A stretch of DNA of 32,003 nucleotides from IMG/VR virus record IMGVR_UViG_3300017721_001389, positions 1-32,003 of that record. One strand, written 5' to 3'. This document shows positions 18,544-27,494 of this stretch, one piece after another; the first letter of the stretch is position 1; each line of letters starts with the position of its first letter. A model generated the notes under the pieces. The model was given only the letters and a program-made list of their open reading frames with translations, did not search any database and had not been told where the DNA came from. Source of the DNA: a virus (taxonomy: Duplodnaviria > Caudoviricetes). Made by a program: the position numbers and the translations under genes.

Positions 18544-18956
18544 GTAACGATCAAGTAAACAGTCCCTCACACTATTCCAAAGGTCGCACGTTTGAGCCTA
18601 TTGATGTGATTGAGGACTGGGAACTGTCCTTTCATCTAGGTAATGCTATTAAGTACATTGCTCGTGCGGGACGTAAGGATCCAGCTCTTACCCGTCAGGA
18701 CATCAGTAAGGCCATCTGGTACCTCGAGCGTTTTTCTGACCAGCTAATGGAGGCTGAGTCTCAGGCTAATGACGCCGATCAATTGCTGGCTGATAAAAAT
18801 GAAATGAACGATATGGGATGGAACGAGGGTTTACACCTTGTTGATGATCTAAATAAAGACTTGGAGCGATTCAGTGAACAAGAGATTGTTGAAACGTTCT
18901 GTAAAATGGGAGTATGGTTTGGTGTGAGAAAAGATGGCACTTACGTTCGAGTATGA
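18540..18956 (+). CDS. DUF3310 domain protein (T7 gp1.7-like nucleotide kinase family)
   Basis: VNSPSHY...EPIDVIE...FHLGNAIKYIARAGRK...QDISKAIWYLER. Confidence 0.88.
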   Translation: MSNDQVNSPSHYSKGRTFEPIDVIEDWELSFHLGNAIKYIARAGRKDPALTRQDISKAIWYLERFSDQLMEAESQANDADQLLADKNEMNDMGWNEGLHLVDDLNKDLERFSEQEIVETFCKMGVWFGVRKDGTYVRV

Positions 18957-19305
18957 ACTAGAAGTTCACATGCCACTATTCTCTAAAGCTCGACCTCGAG
19001 TCACTTCGAGAGGCACTTTCATGCCTAAAGAATACAAGAGTAAGCAGAAGGAAATGGTAAGACAACTGTCTGCACAATGGCCGCATGAGCCTTTGGAAGG
19101 CCCTATTCGACTTGAGATAGATATAGAAGGTGAAGGGAGGGCTGATGCAGACAATATTATCGGGGCATTAATGGATTCAGCAAACCGCATCCTTTGGGTT
19201 GACGATCGTGTGTCAATCATTCCTGAGATCCAAGTTCGATGGACAAAAGCTGCAAAGAAAGATTCTGTGTGGCGTATAAAGATCAAAAAATTGTCGCTAC
19301 ACTAA
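18934..19305 (+). CDS. rusA: RusA-family Holliday junction resolvase
   Basis: KARPRV, DADNIIGALMDSAN and LWVDDR catalytic Asp pattern. Confidence 0.85.
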   Translation: MALTFEYELEVHMPLFSKARPRVTSRGTFMPKEYKSKQKEMVRQLSAQWPHEPLEGPIRLEIDIEGEGRADADNIIGALMDSANRILWVDDRVSIIPEIQVRWTKAAKKDSVWRIKIKKLSLH

Positions 19306-19324
19306 TTTATATGCTTGCAGTCTT

Positions 19325-20173
19325 TTGACAGAAATTTGCTACAACCAAGCAGACGGCGATTACCGGCGAGAGCCTGGTTGCAATCAGTCAAGCCTGAAAA
19401 AGATCCTAGAAAGTCCGGCTCACTTTAGAGCTGCATTGCAGAACAGATTTCTGCCTACTCCAGCGATGGAAATGGGCACTGCTTTGCATTGTTTAAAACT
19501 AGACGGTAGAGAGGCTTTTAAAAAGCAGTACGTGATGAAGCCAGAAGGACTGTCACTGTCAACTAAAGAAGGCAAAGCATGGAAGGCCCAAGTTGGCAAG
19601 CGCAAAGTCTTAGGTTGCGGTGGTAAGGACGATCCTTGGGGATCTGTTCTGGGTATGGCTAATTCCTTGGATCGCCTAAAATGGTTCGACGATGATCAGC
19701 CTGATTACATCAAAAACAATGAGGTCTCGATCTATTGGGACTGGCACAACATTAAATGCAAGGCCAGACTGGACCGTGTCCTAATAGACGAAGGCATCGT
19801 TCTTGACCTAAAGACGACTGACTGTGTAGAGCCTGACATTTTTGCAAAGAAGGTCGTGTCACTCGGATACGATTTTCAAGCAGCCTTTTATGCGCGGGCG
19901 GCAGAGATTGCCTACAAAAAGCCCTTTAAATTTATTTTCGTAGCTGTAGAACGTAAAGCCCCCTACACCGTCGATCTTTTTGAAGTAGACGATCGCATGA
20001 TGCGAGAAGGCCTAGCAAAGAGTGATGCTGCCGTCAAGATCTACAGCGCATGTTCTGAACTAGGGAAATGGCCCAACAAGGAACCACAGCTAAGGAGCCT
20101 TTCTTATCCTGGCTGGTACAGAGGATTTAAGCAATCATTTGAAATTCCCACCCCAGACGAAGATCTTTTCTGA
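19325..20173 (+). CDS. RecE/exonuclease VIII-like PD-(D/E)XK nuclease (DUF3799)
   Basis: SSLKKILESPAH, GTALHC, KCKARLD, DLKTT, GYDFQAAFY and FIFVAVERKAPY. Confidence 0.88.
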   Translation: MTEICYNQADGDYRREPGCNQSSLKKILESPAHFRAALQNRFLPTPAMEMGTALHCLKLDGREAFKKQYVMKPEGLSLSTKEGKAWKAQVGKRKVLGCGGKDDPWGSVLGMANSLDRLKWFDDDQPDYIKNNEVSIYWDWHNIKCKARLDRVLIDEGIVLDLKTTDCVEPDIFAKKVVSLGYDFQAAFYARAAEIAYKKPFKFIFVAVERKAPYTVDLFEVDDRMMREGLAKSDAAVKIYSACSELGKWPNKEPQLRSLSYPGWYRGFKQSFEIPTPDEDLF

Positions 20174-20835
20174 TGACTAATTACATCATGCAACCAGAAG
20201 TCCATGACGCAAGTCTGGTCTCAATTACTCCGGATGCCGAAAAACAGATTGTCTATATGGCCAGGGTCTCGAACCCTCGGAACCAAGGGAATATGGACAC
20301 GGCTCCAAAGCTAATTAAGTATTTACTTAAACATCAGCATGTGTCTCCATTTGAAATGGCTACCATGCAGGTAGAGATCAATACAACTCGTGCAATCGCA
20401 GCGCAAATTCTTCGTCACCGCAGTTTTTCCTTTCAAGAATTTAGCCAGCGTTACTCGTCGGCTACTGATCTGCCTCCGATTGGCTTGCCTCATTTGCGCC
20501 GTCAAGATCTTAAAAACAAACAGGCCAGCCATGACGACCTGGATCTTCAAGAAATTGACGTAATGAATAAGAAGATACAACAAATGTATTGTGATATATT
20601 TAGTCTTTATGAAGAGTTGCTTTCAAAAGGCGTGGCCAAGGAGTGCGCTCGATCTATCTTGCCTCTTGGAACGCCAACAAGGCTTTATATGTCGGGCACG
20701 ATTCGCTCTTGGATTCACTACTTATCATGCAGATCTGCAAAAGAAACGCAGCTTGAACATAGGCTAATAGCCTTGTCAATTTTAGGAATCTTCAAAAAAG
20801 AATTGCCTACAATATATGAAGCAGTATTTGTTTGA
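20173..20835 (+). CDS. thyX: FAD-dependent thymidylate synthase
   Basis: ThyX motif RHRSFSFQEFSQRY, plus HVSPFE, KECARSILP and QLEHR. Confidence 0.97.
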   Translation: MTNYIMQPEVHDASLVSITPDAEKQIVYMARVSNPRNQGNMDTAPKLIKYLLKHQHVSPFEMATMQVEINTTRAIAAQILRHRSFSFQEFSQRYSSATDLPPIGLPHLRRQDLKNKQASHDDLDLQEIDVMNKKIQQMYCDIFSLYEELLSKGVAKECARSILPLGTPTRLYMSGTIRSWIHYLSCRSAKETQLEHRLIALSILGIFKKELPTIYEAVFV

Positions 20836-21302
20836 TGGAAGCTCAGGCAGTTGCTGAAAAAGTCTGCAGGAAGTGTGGTCAGAATAAAGCATTAAGCCAA
20901 TTTTGTAAAAATCCGCAAGGCAGGCTGGGAAGGAGGAGTCAGTGCAAAGATTGTGACAAGAGTAGCTTCGATACTTTCAATAACCGTGCCAGATGCCTAG
21001 CTAGTCGAGGATGTATGGACCCGTGCGGCACCCCTGAGGGCCTAAGGATGCTTTGGGATTCACAGACTTCAGGAAGTGGTCACTCTTCCGCGTTGTCTGG
21101 CCTGCCACTGGATCTAGAAGATGCCTGCATTGATCATTGTCATGAGACTGGACTGATCCGGGGCTACATATCAAAACGAGAGAATAGCTATTTAGGCTTT
21201 GCGGAAAAATTAGATCAAGAAATTATTTGGCCAGTGTTGCCAACCTTTGCATATGATTATATAAATAACATGCCCGCCCAAAAATTCTTCAGAACTTTGT
21301 GA
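20832..21302 (+). CDS. Endonuclease VII-like HNH protein with N-terminal zinc finger (possible homing endonuclease)
   Basis: KVCRKC...F...SQCKDC finger and IDHCHETGLIRG...EN..LG EndoVII core. Confidence 0.75.
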   Translation: MMEAQAVAEKVCRKCGQNKALSQFCKNPQGRLGRRSQCKDCDKSSFDTFNNRARCLASRGCMDPCGTPEGLRMLWDSQTSGSGHSSALSGLPLDLEDACIDHCHETGLIRGYISKRENSYLGFAEKLDQEIIWPVLPTFAYDYINNMPAQKFFRTL

Positions 21303-21490
21303 TGTTAAATGATGTAAGGTTTTTTACCGATAATATCATTCCGTCCAGGTGGTGTAAAACCTGCGGAACATGCCTTTTGGCTCATTATTTTAAAGATCTT
21401 TCTAGTGACACTAAATTTACCCATATTTGCATTCACTGCCAAGCAAAGTCTTCGGCAGACTACCCCGACAAGCCTATAAAGAATGAGTAG
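21299..21490 (+). CDS. Small zinc-ribbon protein
   Basis: CKTC...CIHC. Overlaps both neighbours. Confidence 0.5.
   Translation: MMLNDVRFFTDNIIPSRWCKTCGTCLLAHYFKDLSSDTKFTHICIHCQAKSSADYPDKPIKNE
21454..21462 (+). promoter_or_regulatory. Putative phage-sigma promoter motif GGCAGACTA before terS
   Basis: 29 nt before ATG 21483. Confidence 0.5.
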
Positions 21491-22109
21491 TAATTCAGAA
21501 TCATGGAAGGAGTGGAAGGCTGAAGTTGCTCCAGGACCAATTTACAGTTTTACCCGTGGTTATTCAGTAAATGAGGCAGGCAGGCATGAAAACGCCGAGC
21601 AATATCGTGCTTTTCAGTTTTACATGAATTCAGGAGGCAGTCGAAGTATTGTTGATACTGCTGAGTTTATTGGCCTAAGTCCGGAGCAGACACGTAATTG
21701 GTCTAAGAAATATAATTGGGAGAAAAGAGCAGCAGCGTTCGACAAGAAGCAAATCACAGCAGCATTTAAGCAGGCTAGCAAAATCGAAAAAACAAAACAA
21801 AGAAAGGCAATACAAGAATTTAGGCAAGCAAACGAAGATCAGGCCAAGCTGATGATGGATGTCAGCTCTGATTTAATGGATATAATTAAAAAAAGGATTG
21901 CACAGGCTGAGTCAGAAGGAGAGGTGATTCCAATGGGATTAGTTTCGGGACTAATGAGAGCAGCCGCTAACATTAGCGATTCTGGACGTCAGGCTTGGGC
22001 TACATCACTCGGTATTAACGAATTAATGAATGTCGTCGACCAAGAGCTTGAAGACTCAAGAAGCGACGTCGAAGAGGTCGATGTCTATGAAATTCCTTTG
22101 GATGAATAA
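21483..22109 (+). CDS. Putative terminase small subunit
   Basis: Ends 2 nt before terL. HTH-like RSIVDTAEFIG...RNWSKKYNWEKRAAAFD followed by long helices. Confidence 0.7.
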   Translation: MSSNSESWKEWKAEVAPGPIYSFTRGYSVNEAGRHENAEQYRAFQFYMNSGGSRSIVDTAEFIGLSPEQTRNWSKKYNWEKRAAAFDKKQITAAFKQASKIEKTKQRKAIQEFRQANEDQAKLMMDVSSDLMDIIKKRIAQAESEGEVIPMGLVSGLMRAAANISDSGRQAWATSLGINELMNVVDQELEDSRSDVEEVDVYEIPLDE

Positions 22110-22111
22110 CA

Positions 22112-23626
22112 ATGTCGTCAAAACTGGGTCGTGATTATTTAGAACTGGCCTCCACGGGCCAAGATCTTGTCAAAGCAGTCAAAGAGAAGAAAGCGAAACG
22201 AGGGCCTGGCAAGGATATTATTTTTTGGAAATTCATAAAAAAAGTTTTTCCGCAGTACAAATTTTACAGGTTTCATGCAACAGTCATCAAAGAATTGCAA
22301 AGGGTCATTGACGGTGATTGTCAGCGACTCATCTTGCAGGTGCCACCAAGACATGGAAAATCTCTTCTTGCTTCGCAGCTTTTGCCTGCTGCTTATTTGT
22401 TGGCTCATCCTGATAGATATGTCGGGGTTAGCTCTTATTCCGCTGAGCTCGCAGAAGGGTTTAGTAGAAAAGCAAGAGAGTTCTTTAAGGAAGCCGGAGG
22501 CCTTTTAAATCCTACGTCTCAAGCTGTTAATGCTTGGGGTACTGAAAGGGGCGGCGGCTTATGGGCGGCTGGGGTTGGAGGCGCAGTTACTGGCCGCTCA
22601 GGGCATCTTCTTATTATCGACGACCCGGTAAAAAACCGCGAGGATGCAGAAAGCCAGCGAATGATGGATAAGCTTAATGACTGGTATACATCAAATTTAT
22701 ATACACGGCTTGAGCCGCACGTTGGGGCTATCGTAGTTATTCAAACTAGGTGGGCAGAGAATGACATGATTGGTCAACTGCTAGAGAACGAGAGCAACGT
22801 ATCTGAAAAAGGCAGAGAGAACTGGACAATTGTTGACTTGCCTGCGTTGTATGAGGAGGAGGACAGCCGACCGCTGCTTCCTGAGCATTGCAATATTATT
22901 TCTGACTGGAGAGATAAGCCAGATGAGCCTTTGTGCCCGCAGAGGTACGACAAAGATGACTTAGAGCGAATAAGAGAGGCTATCGGTTCGAGAGATTTTG
23001 CATCTCTTTACCAACAAAGACCTGCGCCTGAAGGCGGCAATATGTTTTCACCTGAATGGTGGCAGTATTATAGCTGGGACGACACCATGCCTAGCTTTCA
23101 GCGTGTAATGCTTTCTGTTGACTGTACATTTACTGACACAAAGAAAAGCGACTACGTTGTCGGAACTGTCGTGGGGCAGGCTGGAAATCGTTTTTATGTA
23201 CTAGATATGGTACGCGAAAAGCTGGATGTAATTGGCACAATGGCAATGATTTCAAGGCTTTATCAGCGCCACTCTTTATCAGGGACAGTAATTGAATTAG
23301 CGGCTTCTGGATATGCCGTATACCAAATGATGTCTACAAAAGTGCCTGGACTTGTAGGGTTTAGGCCTGAAAAAAGTAAGACAGCCAGAGCTTCTGGGAT
23401 TGTGCCAGTAGTTGAAGCTGGCAATGTATTCTTGCCCGCTAGTTCTCCCTGGCTTGATGCATTTATTAACGAGTTTAGCCTGTTTCCGGCATCAAAAAAT
23501 GATGACATGGTCGACAGCCTGACAATGGCTATTAATTATTGCAGTCAAAGATCTGCACCACAGATGACAGAAGTTACGTGGGGTAGAGGAGATAGAGCTA
23601 TTCCTACTATTGATACAATGATGTAA
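22112..23626 (+). CDS. terL: Terminase large subunit
   Basis: Walker A PPRHGKS, Walker B LLIIDDP, QTRW coupling motif, LYQQRP, and nuclease motifs SVDCTF, SDYVV, NDDMVDSLT. Confidence 0.95.
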   Translation: MSSKLGRDYLELASTGQDLVKAVKEKKAKRGPGKDIIFWKFIKKVFPQYKFYRFHATVIKELQRVIDGDCQRLILQVPPRHGKSLLASQLLPAAYLLAHPDRYVGVSSYSAELAEGFSRKAREFFKEAGGLLNPTSQAVNAWGTERGGGLWAAGVGGAVTGRSGHLLIIDDPVKNREDAESQRMMDKLNDWYTSNLYTRLEPHVGAIVVIQTRWAENDMIGQLLENESNVSEKGRENWTIVDLPALYEEEDSRPLLPEHCNIISDWRDKPDEPLCPQRYDKDDLERIREAIGSRDFASLYQQRPAPEGGNMFSPEWWQYYSWDDTMPSFQRVMLSVDCTFTDTKKSDYVVGTVVGQAGNRFYVLDMVREKLDVIGTMAMISRLYQRHSLSGTVIELAASGYAVYQMMSTKVPGLVGFRPEKSKTARASGIVPVVEAGNVFLPASSPWLDAFINEFSLFPASKNDDMVDSLTMAINYCSQRSAPQMTEVTWGRGDRAIPTIDTMM

Positions 23627-23638
23627 AGATTTAATATT

Positions 23639-24367
23639 GTGGCGCGTAAAACTCAAAAATTTACGATGTCGCCATTACAACAGAGGCTTGCGTCTGACAA
23701 TTTAAATCTAGCCAGGAGGGAAGCTTGGCGTATACAGCGATCTACAGGAATTGACTATCAGACATTGGAGTCGGTGGCTTTTGAAGGCCTGTGTAAAGCT
23801 GCGTATAGATACGACCCAAACAAGCCGCACCCGGTCACAGGCAAAAGCATGAGGTTCTCAAGTCTTGCGATTCCTACGATACGTGGAGAACTGTTGCATT
23901 GGGTTCGCGACAAGACATATGCGGTACGCCTAAGTCATAAGATGCGAGAGCACTGGGTCAAAGGAAGAAAACTTTTATATCGAGGCTCAAACGATATTGA
24001 GATTGCAGAAGAACTTGGAATAGAGAGAGAAGAGTGGATGGAAGTCCGCAAGGTTTGTTCAGGACCGCCGTTGGAACTCAAGGATCAGGCAAATCCTACG
24101 CAGCCCCTTGAGCCTAGCGAATTGAACTTTGCTGATTCGTATGTCGACATTGTTACTAAATCTTTATTGGAATTAGATGATGAGCAAATTATCAGAGAGA
24201 TTGCTTTGTACATTACCGGCCTCGGCAATGTCGTGCCTAAAAAAACCGTTAATAATCTATTAAGGGCAATGGGATGCAGGGAAACCGACTGGTCTGACAG
24301 TGAAATTGATTTATTAGAAGGATGGGAAAAGATGGAGGGAGGTCGGTTGCAAGGCAACGTTTTTTAG
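23639..24367 (+). CDS. RNA polymerase sigma factor, group 3 (SigF/SigB-like)
   Basis: DNLNLAR, LESVAFEGLCKAAYRYDP, FSSLAIPTIRGELLHWVRDK (compare FSTYAVPTIRGEILHYLRD in SigF/SigB), region 3 EIAEELGI. Confidence 0.9.
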   Translation: MARKTQKFTMSPLQQRLASDNLNLARREAWRIQRSTGIDYQTLESVAFEGLCKAAYRYDPNKPHPVTGKSMRFSSLAIPTIRGELLHWVRDKTYAVRLSHKMREHWVKGRKLLYRGSNDIEIAEELGIEREEWMEVRKVCSGPPLELKDQANPTQPLEPSELNFADSYVDIVTKSLLELDDEQIIREIALYITGLGNVVPKKTVNNLLRAMGCRETDWSDSEIDLLEGWEKMEGGRLQGNVF

Positions 24368-24379
24368 ATAGATTGGCGT

Positions 24380-25972
24380 ATGGGCATTTCTCAACGCACG
24401 ATACAGGCAATAAAAGACTATTCCCTAGCGGCGATCGTCGAGGAGTCTGGGGGCACGTTAAAACGGTCTGGCCGGGAATTTAATACGCATTGCCTGTGGC
24501 ATGACGATAATTCTCCTTCGTTGAACATTGTCGAGGATAAAGGCTTTATGTTCTGTCCTGTATGCAGGACAAAGGCTGATGCCATTGACTACATAGCCAA
24601 AAAATACGGCCTAGGCTGGGTCGACTCGGTTGAACGTGCAGCAGATATTGCTGGAATTGCTATTGAAATAGACGGTGGAGACCAGCAAGAATATCTGGCT
24701 AACAGGCAAGAGCGAAAGTCCTTTATAGACAGACTGCTTAAAGAGCATGCAGCTTACCGACTCAACTTGCAGGATGATCGTGCGGAACGAATTAGGCAAT
24801 TACTAATTGACCGAGGCATTACGGCAGAGGCATCAAAAGAATTTGAAATCGGATTTGCTCCAAGCGGCTTTTTTGCACAAAGAATTACGATACCAATACT
24901 AAATCATCGCAATGAGATAGTAGGTTTTACGGGTCGGACCACAATTGATCAGCCTGCCAAGTATAAAAACTCCGAAGATTCTGTCATTTTCAAGAAGAAG
25001 TCTTTAGTTTTTAATGAGGTAAGAGCCAAGCAATATGCAAGAGAAGCGGCCAGTCTGATCTTTGTCGAAGGGCACTTGGATGTGGTCAGTATGTGGCAGC
25101 ACAACATTAGAAACGTTGTGGCATTGCAAGGCACCGGAGCACCCGAGCCTGATGTATTAAAAAGGCTAGCTCGTGGAGCTAAGAATTTTGTTCTGTGTTT
25201 TGACGGAGACCAGGGAGGGAAGAAAGCTTCCGAGCTTTTTATTGGATCAGCAGGCTCAATGGCTATGGCTGGCGAGATCTCAATTAATGTAGTGAATCTG
25301 CCGGAAGGCAAGGATCCTGATGAAATTTTAAGGAGTGGTCAAAATTTATATCATTACATTGCTACGGCGCCGAGTTGGCTTGATTGGATTATTGATACAT
25401 GGGCTGCAGATTTAGACAAAAGTGACACTGCAAAGGTGACTGAGGTTGAGTCGCGCCTAAAGCGTCTTATAGATGGACTTCGTTCAAAAGCCTTAAGAGC
25501 TCATTACATCGATAGGGCTGCAAGAGTTCTTGCTAACAATGACAAAGAGGCCGTAAGTATTGCCCAAGGCTGGGGGAACAGAGCAGCACCTTTAAAAAAG
25601 ATTGAGTGGTCGACAAGGACTGTAACTGAAACAAGAACAATGTCTGAAAGAAGGATGCTAAGAATATATGTTCACAAACCGGGGCTTCGTGATCGTTTAA
25701 GGCAACTCTTAGACTACGTTCACAACCCAGCATTAAGGTGGTTGTCTTTACGAATTTCGGAGCTTGAATCTTATTCTTTGGTGGACCTAACTCCACATAG
25801 CGTTATGGCTGTAGTCTCAGTGGCTGAGCCACATTATTTGCAGCAACTTAGGACATTAGTAAGGCCCAACGTCTGCATAGACACTTCTGAGGGAGTGCTA
25901 GCTCATATTGAAAAGATATTAAGGCAAGATATTATAGCCAGTGAACTGTTATTTGAGGATCACAAGCCTTGA
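24380..25972 (+). CDS. dnaG: DNA primase (DnaG-type)
   Basis: CHC2 finger CLWH...CPVC, RITIPI, GFTGR, KYKNS, TOPRIM motifs VEGHLDV and FDGDQGG, KDPDE. Confidence 0.95.
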   Translation: MGISQRTIQAIKDYSLAAIVEESGGTLKRSGREFNTHCLWHDDNSPSLNIVEDKGFMFCPVCRTKADAIDYIAKKYGLGWVDSVERAADIAGIAIEIDGGDQQEYLANRQERKSFIDRLLKEHAAYRLNLQDDRAERIRQLLIDRGITAEASKEFEIGFAPSGFFAQRITIPILNHRNEIVGFTGRTTIDQPAKYKNSEDSVIFKKKSLVFNEVRAKQYAREAASLIFVEGHLDVVSMWQHNIRNVVALQGTGAPEPDVLKRLARGAKNFVLCFDGDQGGKKASELFIGSAGSMAMAGEISINVVNLPEGKDPDEILRSGQNLYHYIATAPSWLDWIIDTWAADLDKSDTAKVTEVESRLKRLIDGLRSKALRAHYIDRAARVLANNDKEAVSIAQGWGNRAAPLKKIEWSTRTVTETRTMSERRMLRIYVHKPGLRDRLRQLLDYVHNPALRWLSLRISELESYSLVDLTPHSVMAVVSVAEPHYLQQLRTLVRPNVCIDTSEGVLAHIEKILRQDIIASELLFEDHKP

Positions 25973-26189
25973 CGCAGAAGCTGACGATGTATGTCTCTCT
26001 TGAGCCCAAGGATATGTTTAAGATGATTTCATCTACGCGGATCTCTCATGCCTCTGCTGAAACCCTTGACTCTACCTATTTAGCAGTGACTTGCACTTGG
26101 CTGCGAAAAATATATGTCTTTATCAGTTGGTTTACCTGCAAGCCCTTGCTTCGCTAGACTTAAGCATATTGCCTTTTGTCTTTCTGATT

Positions 26190-26390
26190 ATGATCGCCAC
26201 AATTTATACTATGTCAAATTGCCCATGGTGCGTAAAAGCTAAACGGCTTTTAGACCTGAAAAAAGTGGAATACAGAGAAATCAATGGCAAGTCAAATAAA
26301 TGGCAGACAGTCCCTTACATTGAAATTGATGAACAGCCTGTTGGAGGTTTTATAGAGCTGGCAAGCTTTTTTAGAGGCAAGGCACGCTGA
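26190..26390 (+). CDS. Glutaredoxin
   Basis: IYTMSNCPWCVKAKRLL, TVPYI and VGGF. Start at ATG 26190. Confidence 0.9.
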   Translation: MIATIYTMSNCPWCVKAKRLLDLKKVEYREINGKSNKWQTVPYIEIDEQPVGGFIELASFFRGKAR

Positions 26391-26431
26391 AATTGTGTTT
26401 TTTTAAAAAACCGGCAAACTTATAGCACAGA

Positions 26432-26614
26432 TTGAAATCTTTTGCTTTGCAAACGCAATGTCGAGAACTCACCTACAAGGTGATTTATATCGATGGCATT
26501 AGTCAGAAAAGATTAATGCACGTATCAGCTTTAACGGCTGGCGATGCAGTAGTAAAAGCACAGTCAATTCTTCCGTCTTGTGTTGAGGTATGCAATGTAT
26601 ACGTTGAGTGCTGA
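26432..26614 (+). CDS. Hypothetical protein (60 aa)
   Basis: Tiles between glutaredoxin and the next ORF. GGCAAACTT motif upstream. TTG start uncertain. Confidence 0.55.
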   Translation: MKSFALQTQCRELTYKVIYIDGISQKRLMHVSALTAGDAVVKAQSILPSCVEVCNVYVEC

Positions 26615-26615
26615 C

Positions 26616-26873
26616 ATGACTGATCCGGTAATCCTATCAAATTTTATTATTGCAGCATTTATTAGCGTTGCGTTTGTCTGCTGGCCAAAACAATCAATTG
26701 TTATCTGCACTTACATTTCGCTTAAAATGGAGATATTTATTTTGAATTATAAACTGAAATGGTTTGCATGGCAGCAGTACAGGAAGCTGGTAGAAGTTTG
26801 CAAGGAGTACGGGCTTCCTCATCCTGGCGATTTTATGTATGTTGACATCTGGGACAGGCTCAATAACGATTGA
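26616..26873 (+). CDS. Small protein with N-terminal hydrophobic (possible transmembrane) helix
   Basis: ATG 1 nt after the previous stop. VILSNFIIAAFISVAFVCW segment. Confidence 0.6.
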   Translation: MTDPVILSNFIIAAFISVAFVCWPKQSIVICTYISLKMEIFILNYKLKWFAWQQYRKLVEVCKEYGLPHPGDFMYVDIWDRLNND

Positions 26874-26900
26874 TATATTGGAATAGTAAACATTAGCCTT

Positions 26901-27044
26901 ATGTACAAAAACTTAAACAGTCATCAGCATAGAGAGGGCCATGTCATGGGTCGTAGGCCTAAAAAAACTTCTATTGGAAACGGAAACCGCAAACGTGGAT
27001 CTTCAACACGTAAAAAAGTTTATCGTGGCCAAGGCCGTCGTTAA
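26901..27044 (+). CDS. Small basic peptide ending YRGQGRR (not in ORF track)
   Basis: MYKNLNSHQHREGHVMGRRPKKTSIGNGNRKRGSSTRKKVYRGQGRR*. Alternative ATG at 26946. The PKKT...YRGQG pattern is recalled from marine phage small proteins. Confidence 0.75.
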   Translation: MYKNLNSHQHREGHVMGRRPKKTSIGNGNRKRGSSTRKKVYRGQGRR

Positions 27045-27062
27045 TTTATTAACCAATTAAAA

Positions 27063-27221
27063 ATGACCCGCAAGCAACGAAACCAACGCTGTACTTGTGA
27101 GAACAAGCGATGCGAAGAGAAGTCCGAGCAATTGGATTCGTCTAATTATTCTTCTGCGTTTTGGGCCAAATTCTGCGAGGAGACCCCTTGGGAACCTGAA
27201 TGCAAAATTTTTGATCTATAG
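27063..27221 (+). CDS. CP12-like peptide (52 aa; not in ORF track)
   Basis: MTRKQRNQRCTCENKRCEEKSEQLDSSNYSSAFWAKFCEETPWEPECKIFDL*. The C-terminal C-x3-P-x3-EC-x-I-F-D has the CP12 C-x8-C loop. Confidence 0.65.
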   Translation: MTRKQRNQRCTCENKRCEEKSEQLDSSNYSSAFWAKFCEETPWEPECKIFDL

Positions 27222-27256
27222 TCATGTTTAATTTTCTACAAAATAGAAGGCTGAAA

Positions 27257-27418
27257 ATGTTTGAAGTAATTTACAGGTACGGTACCCCTGACTCCTATGG
27301 GAGAGGGCCATGGTATGGCAGAACGGTAGTTAAAGCCCGAAACGAAAAACACGCGGCAGAAATTTTTGACGACAGCTATCCAAGGGTGACAAGAACTGGA
27401 ATCCTGAAGCTTGATTAG
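27257..27418 (+). CDS. Hypothetical protein
   Basis: MFEVIYRYG... with AGAAGG upstream. Alternative start at 27224. Confidence 0.55.
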   Translation: MFEVIYRYGTPDSYGRGPWYGRTVVKARNEKHAAEIFDDSYPRVTRTGILKLD

Positions 27419-27494
27419 TTCCTTGAGAGATCCTGCAGAAGCCTCGGCCGCAGCTAAATTGAATTGGCACCCTCTACTTACGCGCTTCAAATAG

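Noticed and set aside
19325-20173. PD-(D/E)XK nuclease as Cas4
   Set aside because: Lacks the four-Cys Fe-S cluster pattern. Motifs and the Sak3/SSB/RusA context fit a RecE-like exonuclease.
23610-23637. TTGATA-16-TAATAT sigma70-like promoter before the second sigma gene
   Set aside because: The -10 ends 1 nt before the GTG start, so the TSS would fall inside the annotated CDS. Viable only if a later ATG is the true start.
25969-26157. 62-aa ORF after primase and the 33-aa TTG extension of glutaredoxin
   Set aside because: No motif or clear RBS. Could be real but cannot be supported from sequence alone.
26616-26873. Single-TM small protein as holin
   Set aside because: 15 kb from the lysin and no holin-specific features. 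The hydrophobic helix alone is insufficient.
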